Assembly (NCBI GenBank): GCA_041725875.1
Contig: JBGRQB010000002.1
Span: forward strand, 11,464 to 75,463
Reading direction: 5' to 3'
DNA length: 64,000 nt
DNA from: Rhodothermaceae bacterium
Lineage (GTDB): Bacteria; Bacteroidota; Ignavibacteria; Ignavibacteriales; Melioribacteraceae
Shown piece after piece: positions 57,433 to 64,000 of this stretch. Below the pieces are notes generated by a model, which was not told the DNA's origin, did not search any database, and saw nothing but the letters and a program-made list of their open reading frames with translations. Made by a program: the position numbers and the translations under genes. How positions within the stretch are numbered: the stretch's first letter is position 1; every line of letters starts with the position of its first letter.

Positions 57433-59847
57433 ATGAAAAAGGCAGTTCTATTTCTTTTAGCAGGGTTAATCCCCCTTTTTGCTCAAAATAAATTTCTGAT
57501 AAGTGGTAAAATTACAAATGCAAAAAACAATTCTTCCCTTCCCTTTGCAAATGTGAAAATAATAGATAAACCAATTGGCACGGCAGCCGATTCCGACGGA
57601 GTTTATCAGTTTAACCTTACTGCAGGTAATTATAAACTTATCTATTCTTATATCGGGTTTACTTCAGATACAATTTCTGTTGAACTCACAAAAAATGTTA
57701 ATATAAATGCAGAGCTTACTCCAAAAGATCTGCAAATCAGTGATGTAACTGTTACTCCGGGAATAAATCCGGCAATCAGACTTATTGAAAGGAGTATCAG
57801 ACAGAAACAGAATCGTAACTCCAAAATAGAATCTTATGTTTTTGAAGCATATACAAAAGGTGTTGTAAGAAGCGATAAAGACGTGGAGGGAGATTCGGGC
57901 GGAGTTAATATGAGTCTGTTCGACGATGAAGAAGAATCAGATTCTGCCGACTTAAAAATTGTGGGAATTGTAGAGAACCAGAGTAAAGGTTATTTCAAAT
58001 CTCCCGATTTTTACAAAGATGAAATTATTGCCCGAAAACAAACTGCAAATTTTCCGGCATCACTTAATGTAATTACAGGCGGAAGAGTAATAAAGAATTT
58101 TTACGATGAAGAATTAAATATAACCGGCAGAGAAATTCCGAGTCCGATTGCAGATTATGCTCTCGATTATTACTACTATTACATAGAAGACTCTCTTGCT
58201 TATGATACCAAAAAAGTTTTTCAAATTTACTTTGCGCCGGATGATCCGAATGATCCGGGGTTTGTGGGACGATTATTCATTTTGGATGAAACTTATGATC
58301 TTGTAAAAGTAGATGTTCAGATAAACAGTGCTGCAAATCCGGGCGGACTTTTCACCGAAATGAATATTTATCAACAGTTTATTCCTTTTAACGGAATTTA
58401 TATGCCTGTGGATTACAGACTTTTCGGCGAAGTTGATGTAATGGGAATTATTAAATTCGGGTTTGAGTTTAACAGTATTCTAAACAGATATGAAGTAAAT
58501 AAAAAGATACAAAACAGTTTTTTTGATATGGCGCTGGTAAAAATAATTGAAGGTGCTGATGATAAAGATTCAACATACTGGCAGTCTATTCAAACGCTTC
58601 CTGTTTCTACTGAGGAGACTAAGGCATACAATAAAATGGATAGTCTGATGAATGTGCCTTTCAATTTCTGGGATGAGTTTTCTTTGCTGGCATTTAACTA
58701 CAGACTGGGGAAAAATTACTCCATCACAGCTCCTTTGGGAATGTATGGTTTTAACAAAGTTGAAGGACATTCAATTTCATCCGAATTCTCCTTTTCCAAT
58801 TTGCTTGATCAGCGATTGTGGGGAAATGCTTCTGTCGGTTACGGTTTTTCTGATGAAAAACTAAAAGGAAAAATAGGGGGAAGATATCTCTTTGGCAGAT
58901 TAAGAACAGGAGAGATTGAGTTTAATGTTTATGACAAACTCACAGATCTGTTTGGAGAATCTATTGAGTATTCAAAGTTTACCTCCACGGTTTTGAGTCT
59001 GGTAAGCAAACAAGATTTCAGAGATTATTATTACACAAGCGGTTTTGATTTTAAGATTAAAAGTGAACTGGGAAGTTATCTTACTGCAGGAATCGGGTTT
59101 TTGAACAGAACTGACAGATCGGCAGTTAACAACACAGATTTTTCCTTTTTTAACAAAGACAGAAAGTTTGATGAAAACAAAAGTATTTACGAGACACGCA
59201 TTAATGCAATAACAGCTTCTCTTGGTCTTGATTTCAGAAAACATATTGAAGACGGATATTATAAAAGAAGAGTATCAAGGGGCAGAGATCAGATTTTCTT
59301 TAACGGAGATGTAACGTTTGCTTCAAAATCGCTGGGAAGTGAAATAGATTTCACTATTTATAAATTTAACTCATACCTTTATCTGAACTCTTTTGGTGCA
59401 ACAAATCTGAGATTAAACATAGATGCGGTTTATGCTGATAAAGCAGTTCCTTATCAGATGCTGTATGCGGTTCCCGGCACTATAAGTAAGGTGACACAGC
59501 CTTATACATTCCGTTCTGTTAAAATAGGGGAAGCTGCGGGTGACAGAGCCGTAGCAGCTAATTTGATTTATGACTGGCAGGATGATCTGTTCAGAGCTGC
59601 GGGATTAACATTTCTGCTGGATCTTGATTTAACATTAAGCACACATTTTAATTTTGTATACCTTGATATTTCTGATGAATCAAAAGCAATTTTACCGCAG
59701 GAAGCAGATACTTTTAGGCAGTCTTTAATGGAAGCAGGGTTCAGTATTGGACAAAAAATATTCCCTGTGAGTCTCGATTTTACCTGGCGGTTAAATCATC
59801 GTAATAAAAAGAAATTTGTGGTCGGGTTCAGTGTTCCGATTTTATAA
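57433..59847 (+). CDS. outer-membrane protein with N-terminal CarboxypepD_reg-like domain (DUF5686-like)
   Basis: Signal peptide, ISGKITNAKNNSSLPFANVKI...DSDGVYQF beta-sandwich, and a long beta-rich C-terminal region; ~800 aa. Confidence 0.75.
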   Translation: MKKAVLFLLAGLIPLFAQNKFLISGKITNAKNNSSLPFANVKIIDKPIGTAADSDGVYQFNLTAGNYKLIYSYIGFTSDTISVELTKNVNINAELTPKDLQISDVTVTPGINPAIRLIERSIRQKQNRNSKIESYVFEAYTKGVVRSDKDVEGDSGGVNMSLFDDEEESDSADLKIVGIVENQSKGYFKSPDFYKDEIIARKQTANFPASLNVITGGRVIKNFYDEELNITGREIPSPIADYALDYYYYYIEDSLAYDTKKVFQIYFAPDDPNDPGFVGRLFILDETYDLVKVDVQINSAANPGGLFTEMNIYQQFIPFNGIYMPVDYRLFGEVDVMGIIKFGFEFNSILNRYEVNKKIQNSFFDMALVKIIEGADDKDSTYWQSIQTLPVSTEETKAYNKMDSLMNVPFNFWDEFSLLAFNYRLGKNYSITAPLGMYGFNKVEGHSISSEFSFSNLLDQRLWGNASVGYGFSDEKLKGKIGGRYLFGRLRTGEIEFNVYDKLTDLFGESIEYSKFTSTVLSLVSKQDFRDYYYTSGFDFKIKSELGSYLTAGIGFLNRTDRSAVNNTDFSFFNKDRKFDENKSIYETRINAITASLGLDFRKHIEDGYYKRRVSRGRDQIFFNGDVTFASKSLGSEIDFTIYKFNSYLYLNSFGATNLRLNIDAVYADKAVPYQMLYAVPGTISKVTQPYTFRSVKIGEAAGDRAVAANLIYDWQDDLFRAAGLTFLLDLDLTLSTHFNFVYLDISDESKAILPQEADTFRQSLMEAGFSIGQKIFPVSLDFTWRLNHRNKKKFVVGFSVPIL

Positions 59848-59904
59848 AATTTATTAATTACAATAAATTAACATAACTTTTTTGAATTTGTACTTCATTT
59901 TGTT

Positions 59905-59935
59905 TTCATTTGTGAACTAAATTGTCACAAATGAA
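59905..59935 (+). promoter_or_regulatory. 11-bp perfect inverted repeat immediately upstream of glgA
   Basis: TTCATTTGTGA-N9-TCACAAATGAA, ending 8 nt before the ATG. Confidence 0.4.
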
Positions 59936-59943
59936 GCTGTAAT

Positions 59944-61407
59944 ATGAATGTAGCTTTTATATCAAGCGAAGCAGTACCGTTTGCCAAAACAGGCGGTCTT
60001 GCAGATGTTTCCGGATCTTTGCCTCACCAGCTTGCCAGACTGGGTTGCAAAGTTAAATTAATTATTCCTAAGTATGATATTTTGAACCTCGAAAAATACG
60101 ACTTGGAAAAGGTTAATTTTGATTCGCCTGTTTCTGTTAGTGCAGGAGAAAAAAAATATGATATTAATGTATTTAGCTGCATAGATTGTGACAGTAAAGT
60201 CGAAATCTACTTTATAGAGCAAAATGAGCTCTTTAACCGCGGTAAAATTTATACTGAAGATAAAGATGAAGATATAAGATTTATCGTCTTTCAAAAAGCT
60301 GCTATTGAAACCTTGCAGCACCTGAACTGGGCTCCTGATATAATTCATTGCAATGACTGGCAAACCGGTTTAATTCCGCTATATATTAAATTTAACTACA
60401 GCTGGGATAAGCTTTTCAGAAAAACCGCAACACTCTTCACTATACACAATATCGGTTATCAGGGACTTTTTCCTGCAAGCACATTATTTAAAGCTGAAAT
60501 TCCTCAGGAACTTTTTTATCCGATGGCTCCGGCTGAGTTTTACGGACAGGTTTCTTTTTTAAAAGCAGGAATAACTTTGGCAGACAGTGTAAATACTGTG
60601 AGCCGGACTTATGCACAGGAACTTCTTTCCCCTGAGTTTGGCGGCGGAATGGAAGGTGTTCTGGCTGAACGGCAAGATGATTTTACCGGAATAGTAAATG
60701 GTGTTGATTACGATATCTGGTCACCTGAAAAAGATAAAATGATTCCGCATAATTATTCTGCAGATGATTTATCAGGTAAACTGGAAAATAAAAAATATCT
60801 GTTAAATCAGCTTGGTATGCCTTTTCAGAAAGAGATTCCTTTAATGGGAATGGTTTCCAGAATAGTTTCTCAAAAAGGTTTTGATATACTTGCCCGCGCA
60901 GTAAAATATCTGGTTCAACTTAATGCCCAGTGGGTTATTTTGGGAACCGGGGACAAGAAGTATGAAAATAAACTTATCAGAATTGCAAAACTTTATCCTA
61001 ATCATTTGAAAGTAAATCTTTATTACAATGAAGAACTCGCTCATTTAATTGAAGCTGCTTCAGATATATTTATAATGCCTTCACTTTATGAACCTTGCGG
61101 ACTTAATCAAATCTACTCTCTTAAATATGGAAGTGTTCCTGTGGTGAGAAAGACAGGCGGACTTGCAGATACGGTGCACGACTGGGATGCAAATATTCAG
61201 AATGAATCAGGTAATGGATTTGTGTTTGAAAACTACAACGGATATGATTTATATGCTTCTGTAAAAAGAGCGGTAAATTGTTTTAATGATAAAGATCTCT
61301 GGAAAAAAATTCAGTTAAACGGAATGAAGCAGGATTACAGCTGGCAAAGTTCGGCAAAGAAATATCTGGAGCTTTATAAAAACGCTTTGATTAATAAGGT
61401 TACTTAA
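59944..61407 (+). CDS. glgA: glycogen synthase
   Basis: SEAVPFAKTGGLADV N-terminus, HCNDWQTGL, and C-terminal EPCGLNQ and TGGLADTV motifs. Confidence 0.93.
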   Translation: MNVAFISSEAVPFAKTGGLADVSGSLPHQLARLGCKVKLIIPKYDILNLEKYDLEKVNFDSPVSVSAGEKKYDINVFSCIDCDSKVEIYFIEQNELFNRGKIYTEDKDEDIRFIVFQKAAIETLQHLNWAPDIIHCNDWQTGLIPLYIKFNYSWDKLFRKTATLFTIHNIGYQGLFPASTLFKAEIPQELFYPMAPAEFYGQVSFLKAGITLADSVNTVSRTYAQELLSPEFGGGMEGVLAERQDDFTGIVNGVDYDIWSPEKDKMIPHNYSADDLSGKLENKKYLLNQLGMPFQKEIPLMGMVSRIVSQKGFDILARAVKYLVQLNAQWVILGTGDKKYENKLIRIAKLYPNHLKVNLYYNEELAHLIEAASDIFIMPSLYEPCGLNQIYSLKYGSVPVVRKTGGLADTVHDWDANIQNESGNGFVFENYNGYDLYASVKRAVNCFNDKDLWKKIQLNGMKQDYSWQSSAKKYLELYKNALINKVT

Positions 61408-61717
61408 TTTTAATTGTTTCTCTCAGCTTTTCAATCTTTTCAGGATCTTTAACCGGAATTTTATCATCTTCCAGCATCTGACTTGCAATTTTTTTCTTTA
61501 TAAAAGAATACATTCCGGTTACAATTATCAGACACACAAACTGCGAAATAAAAAATCCCACAGTTAAAATTATTACTGAAAGAATAAATAAAACCCCGCC
61601 CGGAGTAAATTCGAGTCCCTCAACAATAATTGCAGCAGAAAAGGATGAAGTGATTCCTGCTATTAATGAAATCAGGGATATGATAAATTCTTTAAATATG
61701 TTTTTCCTTTTTTTCAT
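61400..61717 (-). CDS. small membrane protein, unknown function
   Basis: 105 aa with two TM segments and a charged C-terminus. Convergent 8-nt overlap with the glgA end. Confidence 0.45.
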   Translation of the reverse strand: MKKRKNIFKEFIISLISLIAGITSSFSAAIIVEGLEFTPGGVLFILSVIILTVGFFISQFVCLIIVTGMYSFIKKKIASQMLEDDKIPVKDPEKIEKLRETIKIK

Positions 61718-61753
61718 ATTAATGAGACTGCCCCCTGAGGGACAGTCATAATT

Positions 61754-63616
61754 TTATATTTCCAATTTATTATTTTTTCTGTTTATATCAGGAATATCTT
61801 TTCCGCCAACCACAACTTTAATTGGTTTCTTTTCAGAATTGATTTTCACTTCCACAGATGATTTATCTTTCCAGACACTGCAAGACTGATATTTTGTAAC
61901 AGATGATCCGTCATCAAAAAATAATTCCACTCTAACAGGAACCGGTGTTTTACCAAGCTTATTGATTTTTACAATATAAGTATTGCGGATATTTGAGATT
62001 TTTTCAACTTCCAGATCAGGAGCTGCAAACTCAAAGAACCATGGCTTCCAGAACCAGTCAAGGTTTTCTCCGATTACATCTTCGAACGTATGATAAAAAT
62101 CATAAGGGACAGGGTGTTTTCCTTTCCAGCGGGAGATATATTCCTGTATAGCTGCCTTAAAGGCGGGCTTTCCTACTGCATCCATTAAAAACCAGTAAGC
62201 GAGAGCTGCTCTGTTATATACCATTCGGTAATAAGGGATAAAAGAAACCGCACTGGATGGAACTCTTAACGGAATGTCGTTATCAGTTCCGGCAAACTTT
62301 TCATAATTTTTAACAGTGTTTGCAACCGGATCGGAAGAAGCATATTTACGCTGCAGTTCAAAAATAAGCATTACAGCCCATCCTTCATCCATAAAGGCAT
62401 ATTTGGTTTCATTTATTCCGGTGTAAAAAGGAAAGTAAGTGTGAGTTATTTCGTGCGCGGTCACTTCAAGTGTTCCGGCAAAACTTTTAAATGAGCCGTC
62501 ATTAACTATCATTGGAAATTCGATTCCGCCGCTGCCGTTAAAGACAGTCATAGAAGGCCAGGGATATTTCACACCGGGTAAATCTGTAGAAAGATAATTA
62601 ATGGTTTTTTTCGCAATATCTGTAACACCGTAAAAATCCTTTGAGTCTTTTTTATATGCAGCTCCAACCATAATTCTTTTGTCTGTAGGGGAAAACTGCA
62701 GACTCGACTGATCCCACAAATAATGATCGCTGGTTCCAAAAGCAAAGTCGGGAACATTTTCTGCTTTAAAGTGCCAGGTCAGTTTTTCTTTGTCGGGAGT
62801 AAAATCTTTTAAGGCAAGATCTGTTGAATCGATTAGTGAAATTATTTCATCGGTAAATTTTGATTTTTGAAAACGGTTGTAATATTTATCAGATAAAACT
62901 TCGCGCGGGTTTTGCAGAACTCCGGTTCCCCAGGTTATAAAGTTTTTAGGTAAAGTTATTTTTACATCAAAATCATTAAAGTCGTTATAAAACTCCAAAA
63001 CCCCTTTGTGAGAAGATCTGTCCCAGCCGTGAACATCATCAATTACAGCAATCTGCGGATACCAGTAACCCACAAAAAATGAAGATTCATCGTATGTCCC
63101 CATTCTGATTCTTGTTTTTTCCGGAATTACAAAACTCCAGTCAATTTCAACTGTTGCGGTTTCGCTATAATTAACCGGTTCATTAAGAACAAAAACCATA
63201 TTTGTTTCTCTGATCCAGAGAGAGTCGATATTGTAAGTTTTTCCGTTGGCAATAAGTTTCTTTAACTTAACTCCCTCGCCAACATCGTTGTGATAAACCT
63301 GAAAGTCTCTTGCATTTCCTTTTTGAAAGAAATTTTGATACAATCTTACATAAAGGGCTTTCATTGGTTTATCAGAATTATTTTTATAGATAATTTTTTC
63401 AGAACCGTGAAGTGTTCTTGTTTTTACATCGATTGAGGCTTCTATCTGGTATGAAGCTTTATTTATCCAGTAATTTTCACCCGGGTGCCCGTTATAGGTA
63501 CGTGTTCCCTGTTTTACTGCACGTTCAAAACGATGAGAATAGTTAATCGATTTTTTTTGAGCAATAATGAATGATGAAATTATTAAAATGAAAAGTAGTA
63601 AACGTGATAGTTTCAT
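61754..63616 (-). CDS. M1 family metallopeptidase, secreted
   Basis: Signal peptide; HEITHTYFPFYTGINETKYAFMDE gives the HExxH-X18-E zinc site. Confidence 0.88.
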   Translation of the reverse strand: MKLSRLLLFILIISSFIIAQKKSINYSHRFERAVKQGTRTYNGHPGENYWINKASYQIEASIDVKTRTLHGSEKIIYKNNSDKPMKALYVRLYQNFFQKGNARDFQVYHNDVGEGVKLKKLIANGKTYNIDSLWIRETNMVFVLNEPVNYSETATVEIDWSFVIPEKTRIRMGTYDESSFFVGYWYPQIAVIDDVHGWDRSSHKGVLEFYNDFNDFDVKITLPKNFITWGTGVLQNPREVLSDKYYNRFQKSKFTDEIISLIDSTDLALKDFTPDKEKLTWHFKAENVPDFAFGTSDHYLWDQSSLQFSPTDKRIMVGAAYKKDSKDFYGVTDIAKKTINYLSTDLPGVKYPWPSMTVFNGSGGIEFPMIVNDGSFKSFAGTLEVTAHEITHTYFPFYTGINETKYAFMDEGWAVMLIFELQRKYASSDPVANTVKNYEKFAGTDNDIPLRVPSSAVSFIPYYRMVYNRAALAYWFLMDAVGKPAFKAAIQEYISRWKGKHPVPYDFYHTFEDVIGENLDWFWKPWFFEFAAPDLEVEKISNIRNTYIVKINKLGKTPVPVRVELFFDDGSSVTKYQSCSVWKDKSSVEVKINSEKKPIKVVVGGKDIPDINRKNNKLEI

Positions 63617-63754
63617 TTTTCCCTCTGTTTAAGTTTAAGCCGTTTAAATATATTGAAAATTCTGCAAAATGAATTGTTTCATAAAGAGTTTTCGATATTT
63701 ATATTTGACGTTAAAAATTAAAAGACTTGAGTAAATATAAAACAAAAAGGAAAA

Positions 63755-64000
63755 ATGTTTAAGCTGAATAAAAAAATGCGCAAATCGGATGTGTGTCTGA
63801 ATTGCGGCAGAGAATTGGAAGATTTTAATTTTTGTCCCGACTGCGGACAGATTAACTCTCATAAGCAGGTTTCACTTTCACAAATAATTAGAGAACTGCT
63901 GGGAGAGTTTTTCACATTTGATTCAAAATTCTTTAAGAGTTTTGCTCCTCTTGTAAAAAAGCCGGGACACCTTACAACAGAATATATTGTGGGCAGACGC
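63755..64000 (+). CDS. zinc-ribbon membrane protein (DUF3667-like), N-terminal fragment; 3' end outside window
   Basis: CLNCG...CPDCG zinc ribbon followed by the onset of a conserved region (KKPGHLTTEYIVGRR). The ORF track missed it because it has no stop inside the window. Confidence 0.55.
   Translation, partial: MFKLNKKMRKSDVCLNCGRELEDFNFCPDCGQINSHKQVSLSQIIRELLGEFFTFDSKFFKSFAPLVKKPGHLTTEYIVGRR

Overview
AT-rich bacterial chromosomal segment with about 59 densely packed protein-coding genes. I found no rRNA, tRNA, CRISPR array, transposase or integrase. The gene content suggests an FCB-group organism, possibly Ignavibacteria/Bacteroidota-like; this is inference only. It rests on TonB-dependent receptors with CarboxypepD_reg/STN domains, an ECF sigma-FecR pair, a PadR plus FtsX-type permease pair and a DUF5686-like outer membrane protein. 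Most of the window is ordinary housekeeping: miaA, rfbA, trkA/trkH, aroE, ferritin, a class I aminotransferase, trmB, a U32 peptidase, a tryptophanase-family lyase with an Lrp regulator, SPFH/NfeD, lepB, glgA, and M1/M23/M64 peptidases. There are also several signalling modules: ECF sigma/FecR/TonB transducer, LytS-type kinase with LytTR regulator, MarR-DoxX, and PadR-FtsX. Four places deserve a second look. (1) 20.0-21.9 kb holds an overlapping two-gene module with only motif-level resemblance to AbiEi/AbiEii (wHTH regulator plus nucleotidyltransferase). It has an unassigned N-terminal domain and three copies of an 8-mer operator-like motif in its promoter. (2) 48.9-51.2 kb holds an AbiL-like ABC-type ATPase plus RloB pair with a stop/start overlap, next to an orphan Phd/YefM antitoxin. 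(3) 53.6-56.3 kb holds a three-gene pseudopilin-like operon. All three products start with MG followed by a hydrophobic helix and lack the canonical prepilin motif. A near-consensus sigma54 promoter lies upstream, an in-frame TAA splits the first gene's helix, and a Cys/His motif is embedded in the third protein. (4) The 570-nt non-coding region at 41.4-41.9 kb contains five phased 11-nt CGG-initiated repeats bracketed by a 13-nt direct repeat. I cannot show from sequence alone that any of these is a new system. The two-gene module in (1) and the pseudopilin operon in (3) are my best candidates.
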